In this document: positions 27,037-35,125 of the stretch, in pieces
Layout: every line of letters begins with the position of its first letter
Position numbering within the stretch: position 1 is the stretch's first letter
From: Thermodesulfobacteriota bacterium
GTDB lineage: Bacteria; Desulfobacterota; Binatia; UBA9968
Reading direction: 5' to 3'
Assembly (NCBI GenBank): GCA_036794995.1
Contig: DAIRFP010000002.1
Location: 2,744-57,817, forward strand
DNA: 55,074 nt
Made by a program: the position numbers and the translations under genes
Notes under the pieces: generated by a model
The model's input: only the letters and a program-made list of their open reading frames with translations
The model's database searches: none
Told to the model about the DNA's origin: nothing

Positions 27037-27264
27037 TTACCGAGTTTCCGTTCTCGAAGCGACGAATATGGCGGCCGGCTCAATACGATCGGTCATGAAC
27101 TCACGCAGTTCTGCTATTTGGCTGTGGGAGCGGTTGATTCCAGGGAGAAGCTTGGATAACTCCTCTTCCGACAAGCTCAACCCCGATCGCTCCGCCATCG
27201 TCCGCAACTTCGCCAGCGCAGTGTTTTCTGCCATGCTCGCTCCCAACGTCTTGCTAGAAATCAA
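27037..27264 (-). CDS. Small GatC/AtzG-like protein, probable partner subunit of the amidase
   Basis: 75 aa (65 aa if the start is Met11). LSLSEEELSKLLPGINRSHSQIAELREFMTDRIEPAAIF follows the GatC pattern (L.LteeE...l...l..i....e.L.e..t..vEP). Confidence 0.55.
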   Translation of the reverse strand: MISSKTLGASMAENTALAKLRTMAERSGLSLSEEELSKLLPGINRSHSQIAELREFMTDRIEPAAIFVASRTETR

Positions 27265-27505
27265 GCCACTTTCTAGCCAAATGCCGATCTGCTTGTCAAT
27301 GCTGTAAGGAAGTGAAGTGGTGAATTGCCTGGCCGAGTTTCAATGATCCGGTTCATGAGAGCGTCTCGACTGCTATTTCAAGGTACCACGATCCATGGAG
27401 CCCAGAGGGAGGGTGCCTCGCGTTGTGGGCCCTATTTGCCGGAGCCCGCGCGACCGAGAAACACATTCTGATTAACGGAGAATCCCTGTAGTCTGACGGC
27501 TCGGG

Positions 27506-28696
27506 TCAGCGCAAGTTGCCGGTGTGACCGAGGGAATAGCGACCAGGCTGCGGCCATACCGTGAGCCCGTGCGGTTCGGTTTTCACCGGGATTTTTCTGA
27601 CGCTGCCGGAAGTCGTGTCGAAGATGTAGACCTCGTTGTCGTAGCGTCCCGAGAGCCAGAGGAGCTTGCCGTCCACGCTGACATTACCCATGTCGGGGCT
27701 GCCGCCACCGGGGATAGGCCATGTCGTCGTCACTTTGCGGGTGGCGAAGTCGATGACGCTTACGCTGCCTTTGCCCTTGGGCGGGCCGTAGACACGGGCG
27801 ACGCCTCGGTTGGCTACATAAAGTTGCGTACCGTCGCGACTGGGATAAAGGCCATGGGCACCGAGACCGGTGTTGATATGGCCGATCTCGATGAACTTAT
27901 CGGCGTCGACGATGAAAACTCCCGCCGCTTTCATGTCGGCGACGTAAAATACTTTCCCGTCCGGCGAAATACGCACGTCCTGCGGCATGCCGCCTTTGGA
28001 GAGCTTCAAATAGCCGAGCACTTTGCGTTCGACCAGATCGACCTTGGCCAGCGCGCCACCGTATTCACAAGTAAATATGCCGTAGCGGCCGTCGATGGAA
28101 AAGTCGGCGTGGTTGATGCCCGGGCAGTTGGGCGTGTCGATGGAAAATTTCATCGCCATAGTGTGCGGATCGCGAAAATCGAGCCGCTTGCGCGCTTCGG
28201 CGACGATGATCGCGGCGCTGCCGTCCGGGGTGAAATACATGTTGTACGGGTCGTCCACCGGAATGTTCTTGCCGGGCTTGCCGGTGACGGGATCGATCGG
28301 CGTGACGCTGCCATCATCGCGTCCCTCGGCGTTGTTGTTGACCCAAAGGGTTTTCAAGTCCCAGGACGGCACGACGTGCTGCGGGTGCACGCCGACGCGA
28401 AATTTGCTGACGACCTTGAACGTCGCCGGGTCGATTACCCAGACGTCGTTGGAGCTGCGATTGGGCACGTAGACGCGCGATAGATGATTCGCGACTACCG
28501 GGCTAAGCTTGTCGGGTTTCGTCTCGCTGTAGAGATTGTTGGGATCTACCACCGATGGCATGCCCGGTGGGGTCTGAATGGGTCGGGGTGCACTACCGAT
28601 GGAAGGGTCAGCGGCGTTAGACAGCCTCGGTAAGATCAGAACGACGGCGATGGCTGAAAGGAACGCAAAAAGCCCCCCTACGCGCTGAATGATCAT
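27506..28696 (-). CDS. Secreted YVTN-type beta-propeller repeat protein
   Basis: Signal peptide MIIQRVGGLFAFLSAIAVVLILPRLSNA. Repeated V.V.D..T.KV...I.vG..PHG-type blades. The start was moved to the ATG at 28696, which has GGAGG 5 nt upstream. Confidence 0.7.
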   Translation of the reverse strand: MIIQRVGGLFAFLSAIAVVLILPRLSNAADPSIGSAPRPIQTPPGMPSVVDPNNLYSETKPDKLSPVVANHLSRVYVPNRSSNDVWVIDPATFKVVSKFRVGVHPQHVVPSWDLKTLWVNNNAEGRDDGSVTPIDPVTGKPGKNIPVDDPYNMYFTPDGSAAIIVAEARKRLDFRDPHTMAMKFSIDTPNCPGINHADFSIDGRYGIFTCEYGGALAKVDLVERKVLGYLKLSKGGMPQDVRISPDGKVFYVADMKAAGVFIVDADKFIEIGHINTGLGAHGLYPSRDGTQLYVANRGVARVYGPPKGKGSVSVIDFATRKVTTTWPIPGGGSPDMGNVSVDGKLLWLSGRYDNEVYIFDTTSGSVRKIPVKTEPHGLTVWPQPGRYSLGHTGNLR

Positions 28697-28801
28697 TATC
28701 ACCTCCGACCGATCTAGTGACCACAACGGGAACTAACCCGATCCCGGTGTTTGGATTTTTACAATGGTAAACGAAAAAGCCGGAAATTTCGAATTGGCGG
28801 G

Positions 28802-31117
28802 CTATGCGGCGTCTTTTTTCTTCTTGTTCTGGATGGCCCAGTAAACGTTTTCCGGCTTGAGAGGCAGGTCGTACACGCGCACGCCCAGGGCATCGGCCAC
28901 CGCATTGCCAATGGCGGCCGGTGTTGGCGCCAAGCCGGGCTCGCCTAACCCTTTGGCCCCGTATGGGCCCTGCGGTTCCGCGCACTCAACGATAATAGGG
29001 ATCATGGGCGGCACGTCCAGGGAGGTTACCAAGTGGTAGTCCAGGAACGACGGATTGCGCACCTTGCCGGTCTTATCGATGATCATTTCTTCGTGCAGGG
29101 CGGAACCGATACCCATGGCGACGCCGCCTTCGATTTGCGCCACGCAGTTCAATGGGTTGATCGCCTTGCCGACGTCGTGCGCCGCCGACATGCGCAGCAA
29201 GCGTACCCTGCCGCTCTCTTCGTCGACCATGACTTCGGCGGCTTGGGTGGCGTACATATAAAAGGCCGACGCGTGATCGCTGTGTCCGGTTTCCAGATCC
29301 AAGTCCTTGCCGATCTCGTAGGTGTATGAGGCGTCGCCGCGCACGATGCCGTGGATGCCGAGCTTGCGCTTTACCACTTCGCCGATGGGTAACGCCTGTT
29401 GCGGCTGGTCTTTGAGACGAATCTTGCCGTCGGCGCAGGCGAGATCCTGCACCTTGGCTTCGAGCATCGGGCTCGCCGCTTCCATGATCTGTTCACGCGC
29501 GTGGATCGCCGCGCCACGCACGGCGTTGCCCATGTGATAGGTGCTGCGGCTCGACGTCGTGGACGCGTCGTAGGGGATCACATCGGTGTCGAGCGGGTGC
29601 ATGCGGACTTTTTCCATCGGTACCTTGAGCTCTTCGGCGGCGACTTGAGAAAGAATCGTGTTGCAGCCCTGGCCGATCTCAACGGTCCCCGCAAACACGG
29701 TCACTTCGCCCTGGGCGTTCACCGTCACGCCGGCGTTCGATGTCGTCGGCGAGCGCGTCGGCTTCTGGATGCAGGCGAAGCCTTTGCCAATCTTGACGCC
29801 CGGCTGAGTCGGGGGCGGCGGCGTGCCCCAATCGATCGCTTCTGTTGCTTTCAGCAGGGTTTCCTTGAGGCCGACAGCGTGAAGCCGCTCGCCCCAGTAG
29901 GAGACATCGCCTTCGACGAAGATATTTTTCATGCGAATCGCCAGGGGATCCATGCCGAGTTGCTTAGCAATCTCATCCAACTGCTGCTCGCCGGCCCACG
30001 CTCCCTGGGGTATACCATAGCCGCGGTAAGAACCGGCGACGGGCTTGTTGGTGTAAACTGCGTAGCCGTCGACCTTGACGTGGGGAATTCGGTACGGTCC
30101 TGGTGCGGGCAGGCTGCCGCGGATGCATACCGTCGGGCTTTTCTCGGCATAGGCGCCGGCGCCCCAGTAGATCGTCATTTCGCGCGCTATTAGAGTGCCG
30201 TCTTTCTTCACGCCGGTCTTCGAATAAACCACCGCTTCGTGGCGCGTCAAGGTCGAGATGAAAGTTTCTTCGCGGTTGAATTTCACGCGCACCGGCCGGC
30301 CGTTGGTATGGAAGGCGAGGGCAACCGCAATGGGCTCGACTTTCAAACCGCCCTTGGAGCCGAAGCCGCCGCCCTGGGCTGGATTGATGAAGCGGATTTT
30401 GTCCTTCGGCATGTTCAAGGCTTCGGTGATCTCATGCAGGGCACGAAAGGGCGCGTCGTTGGCGACCCAGAGGGTCAGGCGACCGCTCTCTTTGTCCCAC
30501 TGTGCATGGGCCGAATGGGGTTCCATGGCGGCGTGCTGAATCATCGGCACGAAATATTTTTCCTCGACGACGAGGTCGGAGTCTTTAAAGCCTTTGTCAA
30601 CGTTGCCGGTGCGGAGCTTGAAATGCTCGGCGATGTTGGCGTGCGGCCCGGGTACGATGAAGTCGACCTTGCGGTACTTGGGAAAGTCCTCGTGGATCGC
30701 TACCGCGCTCGGCTTACAGGCCTCTTCCGGGTCGGTATAGACCGGCAAGTCTTCGTATTCGACTTCGATCAGCTTGACCGCGGCTTGCGCCGTGTCTTCG
30801 TCTTCCGCCGCCACCGCCGCCACCGGCTCGCCGATGTAGCGCACTTTGCCCTGGGCGAGAAACGGCTTATCTTTGATCGATTCGCCGTGCGTCCAGGGGG
30901 CGTCTTCGCCTGTGACCACCGCGACGACACCGGGCAACTGCTTGGCTTTTCCCGTATCGATCTTTTTTATTTTGGCGTGTGCCTTTGTGCTGAACAGCGT
31001 CTTGCCGTAGAGCATGTTAGGTAGAACTAGATCGTAGCCGTAGACGATTTGCCCCGTGACTTTTTCGTTGGCATCGACGCGGGTGACCGGTTTTCCGACG
31101 ACTGTGAGTTCCGCCAT
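28802..31117 (-). CDS. Molybdopterin-dependent hydroxylase, large (Moco) subunit, xanthine dehydrogenase/CoxL family
   Basis: VVGKPVTRVDANEKVTGQIVYGYD at the N-terminus. 771 aa with GGGFG and the C-terminal GLGEPGLAPTPAAIGNAV. AAGGAG lies 6 nt before the ATG. Confidence 0.9.
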   Translation of the reverse strand: MAELTVVGKPVTRVDANEKVTGQIVYGYDLVLPNMLYGKTLFSTKAHAKIKKIDTGKAKQLPGVVAVVTGEDAPWTHGESIKDKPFLAQGKVRYIGEPVAAVAAEDEDTAQAAVKLIEVEYEDLPVYTDPEEACKPSAVAIHEDFPKYRKVDFIVPGPHANIAEHFKLRTGNVDKGFKDSDLVVEEKYFVPMIQHAAMEPHSAHAQWDKESGRLTLWVANDAPFRALHEITEALNMPKDKIRFINPAQGGGFGSKGGLKVEPIAVALAFHTNGRPVRVKFNREETFISTLTRHEAVVYSKTGVKKDGTLIAREMTIYWGAGAYAEKSPTVCIRGSLPAPGPYRIPHVKVDGYAVYTNKPVAGSYRGYGIPQGAWAGEQQLDEIAKQLGMDPLAIRMKNIFVEGDVSYWGERLHAVGLKETLLKATEAIDWGTPPPPTQPGVKIGKGFACIQKPTRSPTTSNAGVTVNAQGEVTVFAGTVEIGQGCNTILSQVAAEELKVPMEKVRMHPLDTDVIPYDASTTSSRSTYHMGNAVRGAAIHAREQIMEAASPMLEAKVQDLACADGKIRLKDQPQQALPIGEVVKRKLGIHGIVRGDASYTYEIGKDLDLETGHSDHASAFYMYATQAAEVMVDEESGRVRLLRMSAAHDVGKAINPLNCVAQIEGGVAMGIGSALHEEMIIDKTGKVRNPSFLDYHLVTSLDVPPMIPIIVECAEPQGPYGAKGLGEPGLAPTPAAIGNAVADALGVRVYDLPLKPENVYWAIQNKKKKDAA

Positions 31118-31134
31118 TCTTAACTCCTTGGGAG

Positions 31135-31243
31135 GTTCAAATCGTTCAAGCCGCTCAAAACGTTCAAACCGTTTCGGAGGTTGGATTCGTTGTCGATGCG
31201 TTCAAGCCTTTTGAACGGAGCGCAGCGGTTGAACGATTTGAAC
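31135..31243. repeat. Nested inverted repeats built from GTTCAA/TTGAAC units in the small-to-large subunit spacer
   Basis: GTTCAAATCGTTCAAGCCGC (31135-31154) pairs with GCGGTTGAACGATTTGAAC (31225-31243), with one bulged G. An inner perfect hairpin CGTTCAA(31199-31205)/TTGAACG(31211-31217) is also present. There are 4 direct and 3 inverted GTTCAA copies. Confidence 0.7.
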
Positions 31244-31247
31244 ATGT

Positions 31248-31718
31248 TTATTTTCGGAGCATCGCCGCGGCGTCCTGGACGGCCTGGATGATCTTGGCGT
31301 AGCCGGTGCAGCGACAGAGATTACCCGAGAGTGCGTAGCGTATCTCTTCTTCCGTAGGGTTCAGGTTTTCATCGAGCAGCGCCTTGGACATCATCAGCAT
31401 CCCCGGGGTGCAGTAGCCGCATTGGGCGCCGCCGTCTTGGATGAATGCCTTCTGAATCGGGTGCAGCTCGGGGCCGATTTTCAGCCCTTCGATGGTGACG
31501 ATATCCACGCCGTCGAGCTCGGCGGAAAGAATCAGACAGGAGTTGACCGGTTTGCCGTTGAGAAAAACCGTGCAGGCGCCGCAATCGCCGGTGCCGCAGC
31601 CTTCTTTGGTGCCGGTAACTCCGATTTCATCGCGCAACAGGTCGAGCAAAAGACGGTGGTTCGGGACGTCGCGGCCAACGCGAGCGCCGTTGAGAGTAAA
31701 TTGAATCTGTTTGTTCAT
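31248..31718 (-). CDS. Mo-hydroxylase small subunit, two [2Fe-2S] clusters
   Basis: GCGTGDCGACTV and QCGYCTPGM...CRCTGY motifs. 156 aa. Confidence 0.9.
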   Translation of the reverse strand: MNKQIQFTLNGARVGRDVPNHRLLLDLLRDEIGVTGTKEGCGTGDCGACTVFLNGKPVNSCLILSAELDGVDIVTIEGLKIGPELHPIQKAFIQDGGAQCGYCTPGMLMMSKALLDENLNPTEEEIRYALSGNLCRCTGYAKIIQAVQDAAAMLRK

Positions 31719-31811
31719 GGCAACCTCGGATCAAATTGGAGTGCTGGCGTGTTGAATCCGGATTCCGAAACCCATTATTTCAGTACGCCAATACTCCATC
31801 AGTCCATTCTT

Positions 31812-32720
31812 TTAGTACCTTCTGTCACGCCGATCTACCCAGGACTTTGCCGGTCCCACCGCGGCGTTGAGAATCGCGCGCTTGGTCATGACGCCGACCA
31901 TGGCCCGGCGATAGTCCGCCGACGAGCGCACGTCGCTGATCGGCTTGCTTTCGCGCGCCGCTTCATCGCCGACTTGCGCGGCGAGCTCTTCGGTCAAGAT
32001 CTTACCTTCGAGCAGCGCTTCGGAATTTCTTGCGCGGATCGGCGTCGGCGCCACGGCGCCGAGGACGATCCTAACTCCGCTACACTTCTTGTCGCCGGCG
32101 AAATCATATGCAACCGAAACGCCGATGTAGGCGAGGTCCATCATGTCGCGCGGTGAAAACTTGATGTATTCGCCGACCAACTGCGGACCGGTCTTGGGAA
32201 TCGTGATTTCAGTTAAGATCTCGTCCGCGTCCATGGCATTTTGTCCCGGGCCGCGGAAGAAATCTTCCATAGGCATGGTTCTTTCACCGCCAGCGCTGGC
32301 GATTTTCGCCGTGGCGTTGAGCGCGATCAGGCTTGGCGCCACGTCCGCGGATGGCGTGGCGTTGGCCATGTTGCCGCCGACGGTCGCGCGGTTTCGGATC
32401 TGGATCGAGCCGACCTCCGCGGCGCTTTGGGCAAGAAAAGGATACTTCTGCTTGACGACCGGCGACGTCTCGATGGTGTACATGGTCGTTAGCGCACCGA
32501 TACCGAGTGAACCGTCGCCATTCACGCGGATGCTGTTTAGTCCGGGCAGCCGTTTCAGATCGACGATGTATTTCGGCAGCAGGCCCTTTTCCTTCATCGC
32601 GATGACCAAATCGGTGCCGCCGGCGAGAAAACGGCCGCCGGGGCCGTTGTCCTTAAGCAACCGGCTCGCTTCCGCCAGGGTCGCCGGCTGGTAAAAATCA
32701 AATGGCTCTGTGCGTTTCAT
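31812..32720 (-). CDS. Mo-hydroxylase medium subunit, FAD-binding (CoxM/XdhB-like)
   Basis: FLAGGTDLVIAMK and GNMANATPSAD motifs. 302 aa. Confidence 0.9.
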   Translation of the reverse strand: MKRTEPFDFYQPATLAEASRLLKDNGPGGRFLAGGTDLVIAMKEKGLLPKYIVDLKRLPGLNSIRVNGDGSLGIGALTTMYTIETSPVVKQKYPFLAQSAAEVGSIQIRNRATVGGNMANATPSADVAPSLIALNATAKIASAGGERTMPMEDFFRGPGQNAMDADEILTEITIPKTGPQLVGEYIKFSPRDMMDLAYIGVSVAYDFAGDKKCSGVRIVLGAVAPTPIRARNSEALLEGKILTEELAAQVGDEAARESKPISDVRSSADYRRAMVGVMTKRAILNAAVGPAKSWVDRRDRRY

Positions 32721-32792
32721 AAAACAGCGCAGAATAGCGGCGCTGAGAACTGAGGCATAGTCAGTTCTCAGGAGCCGCTACGCAGTCCTTCA

Positions 32793-34163
32793 CTAGACTA
32801 AGGGCTTGAGGGCTTTGCCGATCGGCTTGCCGCAGGGTTCGCCGTCTCTCATCTGCACATGGCCGCGCACAACGGTGAGCACCGGCATGCCTTTGACTTT
32901 CCAGCCATGCCACGGCGACGGTTTGTTCTTGCTGTGTAATTTATTCACGTCGATGGTGCCCTCCTTGTCCATATCGACGACCGTGATGTCGCCGTCGGAG
33001 CCGAGTCGGATGGCGCCCTTCTTCGGATAAATCTGCCACACCTTCGCCGGATTTTCGCAGGCGACCTTAACGTATTGATTGAGAGTCAACCTGCCTTTGT
33101 TGACCTCGGTGAGAATCAGTGGAACCCCGGTCTCGACACCGCAGAAGCCGGAGATGCAATCCCAGATCGCCGGCTTCGTCAATTTGCCGTAGATGTCCGA
33201 GCCTTTTTCATCCAATGTATGCGGTGAATGGTCGGTGGCCAAGGTATCGACAAACCCTTCGCGGAGCCCTTGCCACAGCACTTCGGCGTGATCCTGGGTG
33301 CGAACCGGCGGGTTCATCTTCAGGAGGGAACCGACCTTGTCCATATCATTGGGTTCGCGCAGGAGATAGTGCGGTCCGGTTTCGGCCGTAACTCTCAAGC
33401 CCCGGGCCTTGGCATCGCGCACCATGTAAGCCGCCTGCTTGGAGCTCATGTGAAACACATGGAGCTTGGTGCCAAAGGTCTCGGCAAAGAAAAGCGCGTG
33501 GTGGACCGATTCAGCCTCACAGATGTCTGGACGAGAGGCTTCCCAATAGCGGGCGTCGTTTTTCCCCTCGGTCTTCAGCTTGTTGGTACAGTAAGCCATG
33601 ATCTGACGATTTTCCGCGTGAATGCCTAAAGGCAACTTCGACTGCGCGATGTAATCAAAGGCTTCCATGCACATGCCGTCGTCGGGGAAGGGTAGGTTGC
33701 CGATGGTCTCGCCGAAGAAGATCTTGAAGCCGATTGCGCCGGCGCCGGCCATGGGCAAGATATCTTTGGTGTTGGTCTGCACAACCACGCCCGTAATGCC
33801 GAAGTCGACGAGCGATTTTGCCTCTCCCAGTTGCTGTTTGACCTTTACTTGTTCGGCATCCGCGGTCGGGGGCACGGTATTGGGCATGTCGACGACACTG
33901 GTAATGCCGCCGCAGACAGCCGCGGTGGAACCCGTCGTGAAGTCTTCCTTGTGGGTCATGCCGGGCTCTCTGAAGTGAACGTGCCCATCAATAATACCCG
34001 GGAGGATGTGCTTGCCTTTGGCGTCGACTTCCTCTTTGCCCTGGGGCAATTGATCGTTTGAACCGATAGCGACGATTTTTTCATTGCTGATAGCGACGCC
34101 GCCCTGAAACGTTTCCGTGGGTGTCACCACCCAGCCATTCTTAATAACCAGATCTGCTGCCAT
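32793..34163 (-). CDS. Cyclic amidohydrolase, dihydroorotase/allantoinase/hydantoinase-like
   Basis: LPGIIDGHVHFREPGMTHKEDFTTGSTAAVCGGITSVVDMPNT, a candidate carbamylated Lys in GAIGFKIFF, and the distal ATDHSPH. Confidence 0.85.
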   Translation of the reverse strand: MAADLVIKNGWVVTPTETFQGGVAISNEKIVAIGSNDQLPQGKEEVDAKGKHILPGIIDGHVHFREPGMTHKEDFTTGSTAAVCGGITSVVDMPNTVPPTADAEQVKVKQQLGEAKSLVDFGITGVVVQTNTKDILPMAGAGAIGFKIFFGETIGNLPFPDDGMCMEAFDYIAQSKLPLGIHAENRQIMAYCTNKLKTEGKNDARYWEASRPDICEAESVHHALFFAETFGTKLHVFHMSSKQAAYMVRDAKARGLRVTAETGPHYLLREPNDMDKVGSLLKMNPPVRTQDHAEVLWQGLREGFVDTLATDHSPHTLDEKGSDIYGKLTKPAIWDCISGFCGVETGVPLILTEVNKGRLTLNQYVKVACENPAKVWQIYPKKGAIRLGSDGDITVVDMDKEGTIDVNKLHSKNKPSPWHGWKVKGMPVLTVVRGHVQMRDGEPCGKPIGKALKPLV

Positions 34164-34194
34164 TTGTTTTCCTTTCCCTTGATCGATTTTTGAA

Positions 34195-34917
34195 TTAGCT
34201 CACGGTTCCGGTGTAACGAAATTCGCGAATCTCCTGTCTCTGCTTAAGATCGGATAGCACGTTGTCTTTGCCCGCTTGAATATGCGCGCGAACGATTTTC
34301 ACGGCATCTTGAGTGTTGCGTCGCTTCATGGCCTGCAAGAGTTTTAGATGTTCTTGATGGGCCGTGATACCGCGCGCTGGATCATAGAGTCCGTCGGTTC
34401 TGCGCTTCAAGATAATGCGCTCAAAAACCTGGGTCAATGTCCTAATCAGCGTCTCGTTGCCGGAAAGGCGGGCAATTTCAAGATGCACGTCTTGATCGTA
34501 CACCAACCGGTCCCGCGTAAAGCGTTTTTGCACATCCTGTCCGTACAGATTCATCCTTCCCGACAGTTCCGTCAACGTCGCATCGGTGAGATTCGCGATG
34601 GCTTTTTCCACGATGAAAGCTTCCAAAGCTTCGCGCAGTTCGTAAAGCTCATTTGCCTCTTGCAATCTAATTTCTTTACAGGTAAAACCGCGATTCGGCA
34701 GGAGGGAGACGTATCCTTCCTGAACCAAGCGGGTCAACGCTTCGCGCACCGGAGTTCGACTGACACCGAGGCGCTCACTGAGTTCTTGGTGATGAAGTTT
34801 TTGACCGGGCAAGATTTCATTGCAAAGAATCAGATTTTTGATTTGACTATAAACTTGCGCCGATAGATTCTCGGTGCGCTTCGCTCGCGGTTTAATTTTT
34901 ATCAGCTTATGGGCCAT
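34195..34917 (-). CDS. GntR-family transcriptional regulator (FadR/FCD subfamily)
   Basis: Winged HTH ILPGQKLHHQELSERLGVSRTPVREALTRLVQEGYV, plus a helical C-terminal domain. First gene of the minus-strand operon. Confidence 0.9.
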   Translation of the reverse strand: MAHKLIKIKPRAKRTENLSAQVYSQIKNLILCNEILPGQKLHHQELSERLGVSRTPVREALTRLVQEGYVSLLPNRGFTCKEIRLQEANELYELREALEAFIVEKAIANLTDATLTELSGRMNLYGQDVQKRFTRDRLVYDQDVHLEIARLSGNETLIRTLTQVFERIILKRRTDGLYDPARGITAHQEHLKLLQAMKRRNTQDAVKIVRAHIQAGKDNVLSDLKQRQEIREFRYTGTVS

Positions 34918-34927
34918 GAAAAGCAGT

Positions 34928-34949
34928 TTGCATAAAAAAGTTTATGCAA
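34928..34949. promoter_or_regulatory. Candidate operator palindrome TTGCATAAA-N4-TTTATGCAA
   Basis: Perfect 9-bp arms lying 11-32 nt upstream of the GntR start codon, in the divergent region shared with the ABC operon. Confidence 0.45.
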
Positions 34950-35125
34950 TTATTAGTGGCGAACCTATCGAATCCACCCTGGGTTGTCAATGAAGCGTCA
35001 AGCAAGCTTGAAAAAAGATCTAAAAATGATAATGGCTAGTGCGTTATTTAGTGGCGGCCATAAGAAATAAGGCACTTGTTTCTTGGCCCGAAGCCGGCCG
35101 CTCAATCGAACTTTAAGGAGGCAAT

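Noticed and set aside
25625-27264. Reading the GatC-like ORF plus amidase as gatC-gatA of the Glu-tRNA(Gln) amidotransferase.
   Set aside because: No gatB is adjacent, a GlnRS gene is present in the same window, and the neighbours are catabolic amidohydrolases. This reading is not fully excluded (Asn-tRNA formation could still need GatCAB), so a test is given in the corresponding finding.
27524-28483. Long antisense ORFs opposite well-supported genes. Examples: 27524-28483 (319 aa), 29399-30193, 30239-31024, 31422-32156, 39609-40256, 40664-41158, 41642-42136 and 42827-43300.
   Set aside because: Each lies wholly inside a gene with clear family motifs on the other strand. Their translations are Arg/Gly/Asp/His-rich low-complexity strings with no motifs. 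These are typical shadow ORFs of GC-rich coding DNA.
31135-31243. Possible CRISPR-like array, suggested by the repeated GTTCAA units.
   Set aside because: The units are only 6 nt, irregularly spaced and present in both orientations. There are no 25-40-nt repeats, no spacers and no cas genes anywhere in the window.
32793-34163. Calling the 456-aa cyclic amidohydrolase the biosynthetic dihydroorotase pyrC.
   Set aside because: The motifs are DHOase-like. However, the gene is embedded between a GntR regulator and Mo-hydroxylase subunit genes rather than with pyrB/carAB. I therefore left the symbol blank; the alternative is stated as a refutation test.
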